A stretch of DNA of 64,000 nucleotides from Barthelona sp. PCE (GCA_040285745.1 JAUFOR010000003.1:558001-622000); one strand, 5' to 3'; shown: positions 1 through 10,780, counted from the stretch's first letter. Notes: generated by a model not told the origin, from the letters alone. Program-made: numbers and translations.

Positions 1-983
1 AAGTGCACTGGAAAATCTCTAAAAGAAGCTGCTCTTATTTCTGAAAGAGGAGTTGAGTACTCATCCAACATGAACATGCACTGCACATCGTGCTTATCCA
101 TCCGGTAAAAGTTAGTTACCCCAGTTGCACCATCATACTCAGAGCAATAAACCTCGTCATCAATGCAAACAAAATTCCAGTGCTCACAAACAACATCTGG
201 GAAGCGACTGCGGATGGTAGGTTGAGGCACAATGACATCAAGCACACGGGCGATGATGTCTCCCTTTTCCACATTCCCGTTGAACGGTGTTCTGATTAAT
301 TCACTGTTTTTATCGATTCTGCAGCTGAAAAGCGTGTCATTTTCAGCTGTAATGAAACGGGTGCATCCGGGCGTGTGATCCATAGCATAGACCGAATAAT
401 TTTGTAATACACAGTGTACGGGTATTTCTTCACCTTCATCCACCATGAACGTCTTAACAGCTCGGTCGGCCCCATGTATCACGTAGGCAACTCCGTCATG
501 CGAAACATATTGGATATTTGTACAATCTATGCTTGGCCGCATCACAATACGTTCCTGATCAAGATCCCATATTATATGGGCCCATGAGTCTTCTTCCCTC
601 ACGATACCCACGAAAAAGCGCCCATTTAACATGACTCCGTGTATTTTGAAAGGTAAAATGACATGTCGAACAAAGGTAAACTCCCCTTCACAGAATTCAA
701 ACAATTCCAACTTCCATCTCTCATCTCTGGACCTATACGAGGAGCGGTAGAATATGGTGGGCTCAATAAGAGTGGGTTTCAATATAGAATGCGGACTATA
801 TTGATTGTGTGGGAGAATCATGCGGGAGATACGTGAGGTGAAGGTTTGTGGGCCCCGTAAGACATTGTCTTCATTCTTACTTATGTAACATATTGAACGT
901 GTGTTGATTTTGCTATTTGTGCTTATTGCAAAAGCTGTATGCTTTAAAGAGATAAATGTGAAGTTTTTTGGTGCAATATTCAT
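1..983 (-). CDS. Hypothetical protein, 3'-truncated by the window edge (not in the ORF track)
   Basis: Manual translation of the minus strand is open from ATG 983 (MNIAPKNFTF...) through MILPHNQYSPH... (ATG 821) to position 1 with no stop. Rich in aromatic residues, Cys and short beta-strand-like segments. Confidence 0.7.
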   Translation of the reverse strand, partial: MNIAPKNFTFISLKHTAFAISTNSKINTRSICYISKNEDNVLRGPQTFTSRISRMILPHNQYSPHSILKPTLIEPTIFYRSSYRSRDERWKLELFEFCEGEFTFVRHVILPFKIHGVMLNGRFFVGIVREEDSWAHIIWDLDQERIVMRPSIDCTNIQYVSHDGVAYVIHGADRAVKTFMVDEGEEIPVHCVLQNYSVYAMDHTPGCTRFITAENDTLFSCRIDKNSELIRTPFNGNVEKGDIIARVLDVIVPQPTIRSRFPDVVCEHWNFVCIDDEVYCSEYDGATGVTNFYRMDKHDVQCMFMLDEYSTPLSEIRAASFRDFPVH

Positions 984-1411
984 TAAAGAAGCCCATAAAA
1001 ATCCACTATTAATTCGATACAAGAAAGAAATTGATAATCACGGGAATCCATTATTTAAAGATGTCAGAGACTTTGAATATGCATATTCATCCTTTTGAAG
1101 TTTGATAGTACTTTGGCTTCAGATATTCAGATAGTTTTTGTTTCAAAAACTGTTGCTGATTGTTTCTCACATATTTACAACAGCAAAGCTCGTAGCATCA
1201 TGTTCAAAACAAAGTAAAAGCAAGGTAATATACGTTTTATGATAAATGAAGCAGTAGTAGTTTGTGCATGTAAGCAGTTTCCGAATATAGGATTATCTGT
1301 AACTTAAAGATCCACGAATGTAACAAATTTATACCCTTTTATGATACGCAATATTTCAGAACAAGTGTCTAAATTTGTAGTCGATTATTCACACCATTCC
1401 AATTCATTTCA

Positions 1412-1750
1412 ATGCTTAACGATTTGAAAGACATCGCAAGAGAGTACAGCGAAAAGCAGTCCATGCAAGATGCTCCCGGTACAGCGCACTTAAACAAGTA
1501 CATTTTTCTTTTTGCGTTTTTAGCAGCCTTTACCATTCTTTGTCGAGTCATCATTGGAGATTTCCCGTTCAACGCATTCCTCGGTGCATTGTTCTGTAGT
1601 GTTGGGTGTCTCACATTAACTGTTTCTCTAAAAATTCAGCTTAACAAGTCTGAATCATCAGAGTTCAAGTTCAAACCTTCACGCATCCTTGCAGACTTCT
1701 TTATTGTGAGTGTATTACTCATATTCATTTCAATCAGTTTCCTTGGTTAA
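1412..1750 (+). CDS. DAD1: Oligosaccharyltransferase subunit DAD1/OST2
   Basis: 112 aa, three hydrophobic segments, signature GDFPFNAFLG and C-terminal RILADF...SFLG. Confidence 0.9.
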   Translation: MLNDLKDIAREYSEKQSMQDAPGTAHLNKYIFLFAFLAAFTILCRVIIGDFPFNAFLGALFCSVGCLTLTVSLKIQLNKSESSEFKFKPSRILADFFIVSVLLIFISISFLG

Positions 1751-1810
1751 AATGCAAACTTTTTTATTAGGTTAGATGAAAAATCGTGTAAACAGTCAGT
1801 TGTTCGTTAC

Positions 1811-3352
1811 TTATTCTTCAGCTGGAATTTCTGTTGCTGAGAGTTCTTCATTAGATACAGTTTCCACATCTAAAAGCTCACGCTCAGTCATTCCTTCCTC
1901 AATTCGCACTTCCTCCTCGACCATGTCTTCGCTAGCAAGCTCCTCTTCTTCAAGAACTTCTTCAACGACTTCTTCAACGACTTCTTCTTCAACTTGAGAA
2001 TCAATTTCTTCGACAACGATTTCCATCTCGACAGCGGTTCCGTTAGCCTTCTCCTCTGCCTCCTTACGTTTTCCTTCTTCGACTTCAGGTCTATAGAAGA
2101 AGAAACCAATAAAGGTGATTAATGTTGAAATTGTTAAGAAAATCCAAACAGCGCGGTATCCAGCAAAGTCATAGATCTTGCGGGAATCGTCGTTGGGATC
2201 GGTTGTCGATGTACCAACCTTTGAAAGAATCTGGCCTGCAACGACTTGGAAGATGGCTGCACCCAGGAAGACAGGGAAGTTACACAGTGAGACAACAGAG
2301 CCGACCTTATCATAACCGAGTACCTTGGCAGCAGAGAAGAGCGCGTTGGCAGAGGGGCTGACGGAAAACGACTGGACAACAATAAGCGGCCAAATCCAAA
2401 CATTCATGCCCTTTGTGACGAAACACATGATGATAAGGGTGACAAGACAGTTGAATACAACGATAAGCATGTACTTCTTTGTACCCCAACGCTTGTGGAG
2501 GTAAGATACAATCATAGCACCCCACAACAGACCACTGTTATATAAGGTAACAACCATTTCGGCTGAAGTCTTTGACATACCACCGATATCGCGAAGATAT
2601 CCAATCAAGAAAAGGCCAACCACGAAGAAAACCGAGGTGATGGTCAGCGTCCAAAGAATCAGGAGTTTGATTTCACGCATTTTCATGGCTTCAAGCATTC
2701 CCTTATAGATATCAGCGACATTAATACTCTTCTTCTTCGGGGCATCTTTTCCACCCTCCTGTTCTTCAGGGAAGAGATCTTCGGGCTCACCAGCAAAAAG
2801 CATAAATATACCGAGACAAATTGCAGTGATGATTGCGACAAAGAAAGAAGCTGCACGCCATCCGAATTTGTCAAGGAACATTGCTAGAGGAGCGGCAGAG
2901 ACGACAGATCCGAATCCACCAACCATCATAAACATGGCCAAAACACTTGAGAATCGATCGATACTGAACCACTTTGAGAAGTAGTAGTTTGAAGGGACAA
3001 ACGTGGCGCTGACACCAACACCGATGAGGAATCGACCAACTGATGCGACAAAAAATGAGCTTGTGGCGCCAATAATGATTGAGCCAACAACGGATAGAAC
3101 CTGTGTGATTGATACGATGTAGTACGCACCGAATTTATCAACGAATGGGGTGAGCAAGAGCTGAGATGCAGCGTAACTCCAGAAATAAAGGGAAGACCAA
3201 AGGGAAAAGTCTTTAGGCTCAAGGTTAAAGTCCGTTGACATAGGGTCAATAAGGACTGAGGGGGATGTTCTGTTGAAGAACACTGTGAGGTAGAGCAATG
3301 AGCATGCGAAAAGAATCACATTGGCTTGTGCTTTTCTGCTTCCAAGTTTCAT
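1811..3352 (-). CDS. MFS transporter with a Glu-rich C-terminal tail
   Basis: About 12 hydrophobic segments, motif-A-like FVDKFGA, GRFLIGVG, KFGWRAASF. Confidence 0.9.
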   Translation of the reverse strand: MKLGSRKAQANVILFACSLLYLTVFFNRTSPSVLIDPMSTDFNLEPKDFSLWSSLYFWSYAASQLLLTPFVDKFGAYYIVSITQVLSVVGSIIIGATSSFFVASVGRFLIGVGVSATFVPSNYYFSKWFSIDRFSSVLAMFMMVGGFGSVVSAAPLAMFLDKFGWRAASFFVAIITAICLGIFMLFAGEPEDLFPEEQEGGKDAPKKKSINVADIYKGMLEAMKMREIKLLILWTLTITSVFFVVGLFLIGYLRDIGGMSKTSAEMVVTLYNSGLLWGAMIVSYLHKRWGTKKYMLIVVFNCLVTLIIMCFVTKGMNVWIWPLIVVQSFSVSPSANALFSAAKVLGYDKVGSVVSLCNFPVFLGAAIFQVVAGQILSKVGTSTTDPNDDSRKIYDFAGYRAVWIFLTISTLITFIGFFFYRPEVEEGKRKEAEEKANGTAVEMEIVVEEIDSQVEEEVVEEVVEEVLEEEELASEDMVEEEVRIEEGMTERELLDVETVSNEELSATEIPAEE

Positions 3353-3726
3353 TGTTTTGTTTTCAAATAAAAGGAATGTGAAGTACTTTAAGGTGTGTTA
3401 TACGGATGCAAACGTCGTGAGAAGTTGCAAACGGCAATAGAGAGGTGTTGAAAAGGATGAGTATTAGTTCAACAAAGCAGTTCTGTTTTTTCGCTTCTTG
3501 CGAGCTCAATACTAACGTTGAATTTGTATAAACGGATATTTACAAGCGTAGACTAGTATAGCACGCTCTGTTGAACATGCCTGCACTTTTGAATCACTAT
3601 GTGATATTTTCAAGTGAATTGAAGCAGTCAAATTATGGTCACTGTTCCAGAATTAACGCCTTCAAATGGACAATACTATTAAACTTTATTCTCGATGCTT
3701 TCAGCAATTCATCTTCTTTCTGTTTC

Positions 3727-4794
3727 ATGAAAACACTGCAGGGCAGCGCAAATTTTCGAGAACGACTCTTATGTGCCATCTTAGCGTTCGAACCAATCGA
3801 AATTATTAACATTCGTCAATATCGTGAGGGATTAAGGGATCATGAGATTTGTTTACTTCGACTCATACAACATATATCACACGGCAGTCGTCTAGAGATA
3901 TCAGAGGACAACTGTTCATTTGAATTTCATCCAGGTAGTCTTATTGGTGGGAATTTTACTTTCCATTGTGATATTGGCAGATGCTTGTCATATTATATGC
4001 TTTTCCTTATGACAGTAGGCGCTTTTTGCCGCGAGGGCATCGATTGCACCCTATACGGTGTCACTACACATAATAAGACCTCTGATGTGAGTGTTCATTT
4101 TTTGAAGCACGTTGCTGCTCCTTTATACAGCCGTTTCCTTGATCAAATTGACATCAACATTCTATCCTATGGCTTTGGACCTAACGGCGGCGGCGTAGTT
4201 AAGTTATTTGTTCCAGAAATGATTGAGCTGAAGAGCATTAACAGCACAACGCCAGGCAAGTATGTTAAGGTTGGTGGCGTCAGTTACGGTGGTCGTATTG
4301 CAGCAAACCTTGTTCCCAGACTTACAACGGAGATCAGAAGGTTACTGGATGATAAGATTACAGATTTATATATTAACAATGATCATCGAAAAGGAAGACA
4401 TGCAGGCGAAAGTCCTGGTTTTGCGTGTTGCCTTTATGCTACTTCAGTGACGAATACAGTTGTTGGGGTTGACTCGGTAGCACAAGGTGGAGAGTCACCG
4501 GAAGATGTTAGTTCACGTGGTGTTCGGAAGTTACTATCTAGAATGAAGGAGGAGAGTGGAGCTTCTATTCCTTTTCCTTTGCAAGAGTGGATTCTTCCAC
4601 TGATGGCGCTTAACCAACGAGTGTTCCAACGTGTCATGTTTGGTCGTAAAGTTTCTTCCAAGAGCATCGTTATGCTGAAGTTGATCAGACATTTTTTTAA
4701 CGTCAAATTTTCAGTGCAAAAGCAGGATTCTGGATGTGCATTGATTACATGCAGAGGCAAGGGCTACACAAACATGTCCAGGTCGGCAATTTAA
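3727..4794 (+). CDS. RCL1: RNA 3'-terminal phosphate cyclase-like protein Rcl1
   Basis: MKTLQGSANFRERLL, GLRDHEICLLRLI, FHPGSLIGG, GFGPNGGGVV, SPGF, C-terminal CRGKGYTNMSR. Start moved to ATG 3727. Confidence 0.93.
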   Translation: MKTLQGSANFRERLLCAILAFEPIEIINIRQYREGLRDHEICLLRLIQHISHGSRLEISEDNCSFEFHPGSLIGGNFTFHCDIGRCLSYYMLFLMTVGAFCREGIDCTLYGVTTHNKTSDVSVHFLKHVAAPLYSRFLDQIDINILSYGFGPNGGGVVKLFVPEMIELKSINSTTPGKYVKVGGVSYGGRIAANLVPRLTTEIRRLLDDKITDLYINNDHRKGRHAGESPGFACCLYATSVTNTVVGVDSVAQGGESPEDVSSRGVRKLLSRMKEESGASIPFPLQEWILPLMALNQRVFQRVMFGRKVSSKSIVMLKLIRHFFNVKFSVQKQDSGCALITCRGKGYTNMSRSAI

Positions 4795-4910
4795 TAGTAA
4801 AGCAAAGTTTTTAATACCAGTGTGTGAGAATGCTGTTTTTGCATTTCTTTCTTTTTTTCCCTTTATTAGCGTCTCAAACAAAGGCCTAGTAGCACACAGG
4901 GCACGCACAG

Positions 4911-7076
4911 ATGACAACAAGCGTATTAACAAAGATATTGCAAGAGAACGCTTCGTTACGGTTGAAACTGCGGCGAATGGAGTTGGAAGATGCTAGAGAT
5001 AAGGATCTTCCCCCAAGTTCAGCCATCTTCCTCACGGAAGATGAGCACAAAGAGTGCCTTGAAGCACTTTCTACAGAAAATACACGTTTAACTGCTTTAA
5101 ATGAGCATTTGACGTCTTCTTTGAGGCGCTCAGACGTCCAGATCCAGGATCTACAGAAGGAAGTATCCTTTTTGGAGCAAGGAATTAGCAAAACAGTTCG
5201 TGAAGCAGTACAGGCGACGACAAACAAGTTTCAGAACCAGTTATCAACGATTGAGAACTCTTCAGATGACAGGATGCAGGGCCTTAACTCAAAAAACACA
5301 GAACTGAGAGGGCAGATAAGTTCATTGATGGACAAGTTGAAAGGAGCGCATTCTACCCTTGTAGAGCTCACCCGCAAGAACGATGCGCTGAAGAACCAGA
5401 AGGAGCAGCTCACAATATCGGTCAAGGAGCTGAGCATCGAGGTCGATAAGAATTCGTTGGATGTCCAGCATTTCCGTGATCTGGAAACCTTGAGCGAAAA
5501 GACAATTGGGGAGCTAAAGGAGAAGAACACGCTAATCATCGATTTAATTGACCGAATCAATGAGCTAGAGATTGGTGGTGGTGGAACGCAGCCAAGGCGC
5601 ACCAATTCCTTATTTAATGAAAGCGAAAAGGTCAAATCGCATTTAAGCAGCGATGTCCTGACACGCCTGAAGAAGGAAACAAATGAGGCGATCATTAGTG
5701 ATGATGCTAAAAACAGTCTTGAATTAATTAGGTCAGCTTCGTTTACAAAGAAAACTCCAGCACGTGACTCACGTAGGTCGGCAAGAGGATCTCGCAGATC
5801 AACCAGGGGATCTCGTATGAACAGCGGACGGCCACAAGTTTCCTCGATATCCGCTCGAGTCGATGTTATTGAAGAAGCAAGTGAATGTGCTGAAGACAAT
5901 CTCTCAGAATATGATGATTATGATAACGAGTCAGACTCAGACATTGATTTCCTGGATAATGTAGTCGTTGCTGGTAAGACAGCTCGTGAGTACTACTCTG
6001 AGGTTGTCGAAGAGCCCAACATTGTTGATATGGGTGTTCAAACAGATCTCCCATTCTTCCTCGCCACAGCTGGAGGTTCTGAAGGATCAGAAGCAGTTCC
6101 TGTGCCCGTGTTCCAGGTGGAGTCGATACCGAACGAGATCAGTACGCCAATCATTGAAAATCACAGTGTGGTAGACACTGTTCCGGTTGTTGGCGAGCCT
6201 GCGATGAACGAGTCTCCCATTCGCAGTAAGTTGGATTCGCCAGTGTTTTGTATCGTGGGAGAATACAGAGGAGGGCAGATGCAGCAGTTCGAACCAATAA
6301 TGGTTGCATCACCGTCTCCAATAGCACCAGCGGTAGCGCCATTCGTAGCACCAGCATTCTCAAATACTCAAGAACCTATTGCCCCACCAACCGACCAACC
6401 GACCAACGGTTCACCATATCGTCGTCGCAGAGACTCGATCACATCACAGTATTCTCAGTATTCACGTGTTTCTATCTTCAATGATTCAGGATCGCAATTG
6501 GAGAATCTTGCAAGAAAGAGCGGTAAGCTTTTAGCAAGTCATTTGATTGAGGATGAGGGAATTGATCCAAAAGACGCTCCAGATTATAAGGAACTATTGC
6601 AAAGAGCAAACAAACTGGGTAAGCGCGTGGAATTGTATAAGAAGAAATTGGATCATGTAACATTGAATTTGAGAGCAAAACAAATTGAATTCTTAGAAAC
6701 TGATGAAGCTTTGCAGAAAGCAAGGTTAGACGTTGGTAAATTGAGAAAGAAGGTGTACGAACTGGAGAGAGACGAGCCAAGTGAGGAGAATAAGGTTGTT
6801 TTTGAAGATTATATTGGGCTTCAACGTACCGTCGCTTCGCTTCGCAAGAAACTGGCTTCAATTGTTCAGAGGTGTAGGTGCGGTTCGGTCCAGCAGGTGC
6901 TCCCTCAAAGTGTGCTACAGGGTATTTTAGAGGAGAGCGAAAAGATGAAACCAGAGCATCATGTTGTCCAACCATCACCTCAAATTGAGATTTCACAGCA
7001 GGATAACCCTGGATTCCCGCCAAGGCTCTCAAAACTACACAAGCTGAGGGAATACAGAGATGCACATGAACATTAG
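4911..7076 (+). CDS. Coiled-coil protein with acidic/Pro-rich middle, unknown function
   Basis: 721-aa ORF with heptad-rich N- and C-terminal segments. Confidence 0.7.
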   Translation: MTTSVLTKILQENASLRLKLRRMELEDARDKDLPPSSAIFLTEDEHKECLEALSTENTRLTALNEHLTSSLRRSDVQIQDLQKEVSFLEQGISKTVREAVQATTNKFQNQLSTIENSSDDRMQGLNSKNTELRGQISSLMDKLKGAHSTLVELTRKNDALKNQKEQLTISVKELSIEVDKNSLDVQHFRDLETLSEKTIGELKEKNTLIIDLIDRINELEIGGGGTQPRRTNSLFNESEKVKSHLSSDVLTRLKKETNEAIISDDAKNSLELIRSASFTKKTPARDSRRSARGSRRSTRGSRMNSGRPQVSSISARVDVIEEASECAEDNLSEYDDYDNESDSDIDFLDNVVVAGKTAREYYSEVVEEPNIVDMGVQTDLPFFLATAGGSEGSEAVPVPVFQVESIPNEISTPIIENHSVVDTVPVVGEPAMNESPIRSKLDSPVFCIVGEYRGGQMQQFEPIMVASPSPIAPAVAPFVAPAFSNTQEPIAPPTDQPTNGSPYRRRRDSITSQYSQYSRVSIFNDSGSQLENLARKSGKLLASHLIEDEGIDPKDAPDYKELLQRANKLGKRVELYKKKLDHVTLNLRAKQIEFLETDEALQKARLDVGKLRKKVYELERDEPSEENKVVFEDYIGLQRTVASLRKKLASIVQRCRCGSVQQVLPQSVLQGILEESEKMKPEHHVVQPSPQIEISQQDNPGFPPRLSKLHKLREYRDAHEH

Positions 7077-7107
7077 TAAATAGCATTTGTTTTTATTCCA
7101 CTTTTCG

Positions 7108-8070
7108 ATGCGTGTTCTGCTTCTTGGGGGCACAGGTTTCATTGGGCACCACGCGGCACGTTGTCTTTGCGATGAGGGGTACGATGTTCGGGTATTGCAC
7201 CGTAGATCAAGTGATCTCTCAGTTCTCGATGGACTGCAGTTAGAGAAGGTTGTTGGGGACATGTTTGATCCTGAAAGTCTGGAGGATGCCCTTTCAGACG
7301 TTGGTGTTGTGTTATGTTGTTCAGGTTCCAGTGCTTGGGATGTTATTGGCAGTAATTTGGTTTTCCGAGATTTGGATATGATTTTTAACTTGTTTGAGGC
7401 TGTAAAGGCAGCTGGCAGGCCTATTCGCGTAATCACATTGAGCAGTGTCGCTGCAGTTTCGGGAACATCGCGCCCCGTCGTGTGTGACGAACGTGATTAT
7501 TCCGATGAGTCAATCGCTCCCTATGTGGCTTTCAAGTTAGAATTCGAGGCCATGTGTAGGAAATACGTCGCCGATGGGCTTGATATCGTTATTTTATGTC
7601 CAGCAGAGGTGTTTGGTGTTGAAGATTACAGAAAAGTAACATGTGGAAATGTTATTGATGCTATTTCTGGCTCCTGTTGCAGCATCGTCCCGCGCGGCGG
7701 TATCACGCTTTGCTCAGTAACAGGGGTTGCGCGTGCAATGGTTTCAGCAATCGACAAAGGAGTTTCAGGGGAACGTTATGTGCTTGGAGGACCGAGAGTA
7801 ACGATCAGAGAGTTTTACGAGGCATGCCAGGGCCTTTCAGGCCACGAGTTACCATGCATAGAGCTTCCAGGATTTATTATTTCCCCAATCTGTCGATTTT
7901 TCTCATTTTTTCGGTTTCATATCATTAATCCGTCAGTCATCCCATATATTGTTCGGTACTGGTATGTTTCATCCGAAAAGGCGGTCCGGGACCTTGGTTA
8001 TGTGACGGAAACAGTTGAAGAGATACTCAGACCAACAATTGAATTTGTGTTAGATGAGTTTATTCGTTAA
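7108..8070 (+). CDS. NAD-dependent epimerase/dehydratase (extended SDR, HpnA/dihydroflavonol-reductase-like)
   Basis: MRVLLLGGTGFIG Rossmann motif, LSSVAAV, YxxxK (YVAFK), GERYVLGG, SSEKAVRDLGY. Confidence 0.9.
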   Translation: MRVLLLGGTGFIGHHAARCLCDEGYDVRVLHRRSSDLSVLDGLQLEKVVGDMFDPESLEDALSDVGVVLCCSGSSAWDVIGSNLVFRDLDMIFNLFEAVKAAGRPIRVITLSSVAAVSGTSRPVVCDERDYSDESIAPYVAFKLEFEAMCRKYVADGLDIVILCPAEVFGVEDYRKVTCGNVIDAISGSCCSIVPRGGITLCSVTGVARAMVSAIDKGVSGERYVLGGPRVTIREFYEACQGLSGHELPCIELPGFIISPICRFFSFFRFHIINPSVIPYIVRYWYVSSEKAVRDLGYVTETVEEILRPTIEFVLDEFIR

Positions 8071-9349
8071 ATACTTCAGTAATCTTCAAAACATTGCAGC
8101 GTAAATCTTCTACGTCAGCAACATCATCAGGATCTAAGTCAGAGAAGATCTGATGTTCTTTCTTAACATTAGCAAAAAATTTGTGTAAAAATACAAGACG
8201 TCTTAACGACCAGTTAAAAATTATTCCTTTGACCAAAATTCCATCCTCTCCATATTCAAAAGTGTTCATACAGAGCGTACTCATTATGAATGGTGTTTCA
8301 TTAAAGGTAAATGGTATGTTTTGGTAATCATACTCGATTAGGAAATTGAAAAATGACTTGATGTGCTTAATGCCTCTGATTTGAACACCCGATGAGTAGT
8401 CAGACAGGGTAGTGTCCAATGTATTTTCTATATGCAGTGAATTATTGAGGAAAATTGCAGGAATGCCTTTTTCAACTAAAGTCTGTCGTAGAAACTGGCT
8501 CGTCTGACTTAATGTCACGGTGAGATCAAGGTCATTAGACTTGAACATGATCCACATATCATTGAAGTCCTTAACACAGAGATAGATTGTTCTGTGCTTG
8601 TTTTTTCCGTTATCATATAGAAATTCAGTAAAAAGAGAAGAAAAACTAGTCCTAAACATATCAACAGTGAACAAATTGGAGCTCTTTAAAGACAAGAACT
8701 CATCCTTACCCCAAAAAGAAAGATTAGGGAAAGAGTGAAGCATTAAGCAAGAAAAAAATGATTGTTCAAAGTACGTGTTGTAATCATCTAATGAAACAAA
8801 CTTTGGGACGTTGTCTGCAGCGCTGATGCACTTGATGAAGTTGGTCTTTGCCAACATTAAGTTGATGTTGACACCATCTACTTGGGGTGGTCGTTGTAGT
8901 TGAATGGGTATAAGAACATTTGTGTGAATGGAAAACACATCAGTGGCAGCATTCTTGGGCTTATCCACCTTTGTGATGACAGGAGAACCGATTGCTTGAA
9001 AAATTGGGGAGTTGGCTACTGGTGTAAAACTTGATAGTGCTCCAGAAGTGCTTTCGGCACGAAGGTAAGAGTGTGCTTCCTGTATGATGTTGTCCACGTC
9101 AGCAAAGTCCTCATTGTGTGATTTAAAGTATTTTGGTAGCATAACTCGGGGTGATTCAGCACGAGCTGAAAGTGGTGAGAAGCAATCCAGCCTATTGAAC
9201 GACGTGAACGGTGAAACAGGTGCTGTTCTTATCGTTCTAGGTGTAGTACTAGAGATAGAGCGGCTTGAGCTTGCTCTCTTTCGAGTAAGGATCGGAGATG
9301 TGTCCAAGAAGATGTCGAGGATGGGAGTTCCAGAACGACTATCTGACAT
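8060..9349 (-). CDS. DONSON: DONSON-like replication factor
   Basis: Ordered blocks FRTSFSSLF, IYLC, TLSQTSQFLRQTLVEKGI, VQIRG..IKSFFNFLI and VKGIIFNWSL match the block order of the DONSON core. Disordered Ser/Pro-rich N-terminus; start placed at ATG 9349. Confidence 0.65.
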   Translation of the reverse strand: MSDSRSGTPILDIFLDTSPILTRKRASSSRSISSTTPRTIRTAPVSPFTSFNRLDCFSPLSARAESPRVMLPKYFKSHNEDFADVDNIIQEAHSYLRAESTSGALSSFTPVANSPIFQAIGSPVITKVDKPKNAATDVFSIHTNVLIPIQLQRPPQVDGVNINLMLAKTNFIKCISAADNVPKFVSLDDYNTYFEQSFFSCLMLHSFPNLSFWGKDEFLSLKSSNLFTVDMFRTSFSSLFTEFLYDNGKNKHRTIYLCVKDFNDMWIMFKSNDLDLTVTLSQTSQFLRQTLVEKGIPAIFLNNSLHIENTLDTTLSDYSSGVQIRGIKHIKSFFNFLIEYDYQNIPFTFNETPFIMSTLCMNTFEYGEDGILVKGIIFNWSLRRLVFLHKFFANVKKEHQIFSDLDPDDVADVEDLRCNVLKITEVFNE

Positions 9350-9496
9350 CCCTTGAAAAGCAAGGAACGTGGCAAAGGAAAAGGAATAATAAAGGAAAAG
9401 TAGCTTTTTACATTGTATAGCACTGACGTTGTTCACACATATCTTCTTGTCAACATGAAATGTGTAAAAAGCCCAAAATTCAACAGTTCAGTTTTA

Positions 9497-10780
9497 CTAA
9501 TGATTCGTTGGATCCTCCAAAAAAGGCTCTTCAATCTTATCAGGACCGATGTAAACCCACTGGAGATCCTGTTCTTGCTTTGTTTCAATCTCAATTGGAA
9601 GAAGTGGGGTAAATTCGATTGGGTCCTGTGAGTGATCAAGCGGTTTCAATGGCTTTAATTCCCATGGCATGGGCTCGTCAAGTGTTGTTTCCTCCTCTTC
9701 AGCTCTTTGATTGAGTTCTAAAACGTTAAATTTGGTTGAATAATGAACATAACTCTGCATCGTCTCCTTGGAATAAGCAAATACATTACCTTTTGTCGTC
9801 CTCACGTACAGTAGCTTTGTCGCCGGGTGATAGAGCACCTGCTTGAGCTGCACTGCCAGAGGGAGGTTGAATTCTGGGAACCGACTCAAGACGTTATAGA
9901 ACATCAGCCCTTTGGGGTTGTTCGACGAACAGCAGAAGTATTCGTTGTCAGGGGACATTGTTACTGACGTGTATGTCGTCCTGTTGATTTTGTCGCTGTA
10001 AGAATAGTTGTGCTTCATGTGTTCTCTGCTGAGTGTGAACACATGTATGGATCGATCGGTGTACAGCACAGAGCAATGTGTGTTAGACATGTCGCTGACC
10101 GATATACTCGCCTCCACGATCAGAGAAGAGGAAGACGATGCAATAGAACTATCAGTAAGCTGAATATCCATTGTGTACTTGAACAGGCCACCTCCGGCAA
10201 CAAACACATAGTAATGGTCCAGAATCCACTTGCAGTACACAGCAGACCCCTTTGTGGTACTGTTAACCTCGCTAACATGAATAGAATAGTACAATGCCTC
10301 TTTTCCACTGTGTGGTGCGACAACAACAAGTGCGTAGGATCCACAATTTGCGATGAATCGGTTCCAAGGGACATCCACGTCCATAGGTGTAACAAGTTGA
10401 ATCGAGCGGATCAAGGCCACAGGTAAACTATATATCAGAGTTGGTCGTTGTAATGTGCTACCTACGTAAGGCATCTGAAACAGACGTACGTTGTCAAAGA
10501 GCAGCGGGTCCGGCTTGGCGGAGTTCGTTGCGGTGATAACAAAAGATCCATCATCAGCTGCATCAAGTGCAACTATGGGATGCTCATCAAAAGCCTCAAA
10601 ACTGCATGCTATACTTGCTGAAAGCTGGTCATATACGATCACATCTCCACGTTTGGTACCAAAAAATAGGTACGGTGATCCTTTGGGAAAACACATACAA
10701 GAAATTTTGTAATCGAGCAATGTGTCGTATTGCTGCTTCTGGTGACCCAGATCGAACGTATCCAGAAGCTTAAGATTCAT
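9497..10780 (-). CDS. RBBP5: WD40 protein, COMPASS subunit RBBP5/Swd1-like
   Basis: N-terminus MNLKLLDTF (cf. MNLELLESF), WD40 repeats, then YSTKFNVLELNQRAEEEETTLDE resembling the RBBP5 post-propeller F.EL.EN..Y.ERE.EFD motif. Confidence 0.75.
   Translation of the reverse strand: MNLKLLDTFDLGHQKQQYDTLLDYKISCMCFPKGSPYLFFGTKRGDVIVYDQLSASIACSFEAFDEHPIVALDAADDGSFVITATNSAKPDPLLFDNVRLFQMPYVGSTLQRPTLIYSLPVALIRSIQLVTPMDVDVPWNRFIANCGSYALVVVAPHSGKEALYYSIHVSEVNSTTKGSAVYCKWILDHYYVFVAGGGLFKYTMDIQLTDSSIASSSSSLIVEASISVSDMSNTHCSVLYTDRSIHVFTLSREHMKHNYSYSDKINRTTYTSVTMSPDNEYFCCSSNNPKGLMFYNVLSRFPEFNLPLAVQLKQVLYHPATKLLYVRTTKGNVFAYSKETMQSYVHYSTKFNVLELNQRAEEEETTLDEPMPWELKPLKPLDHSQDPIEFTPLLPIEIETKQEQDLQWVYIGPDKIEEPFLEDPTNH

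Noticed and set aside
3571-3726. TTG/GTG-initiated N-terminal extensions in the ORF track (RCL1 and many others)
   Set aside because: Eukaryotic context; homology begins at the downstream ATG and the extensions are T-rich promoter or UTR sequence.
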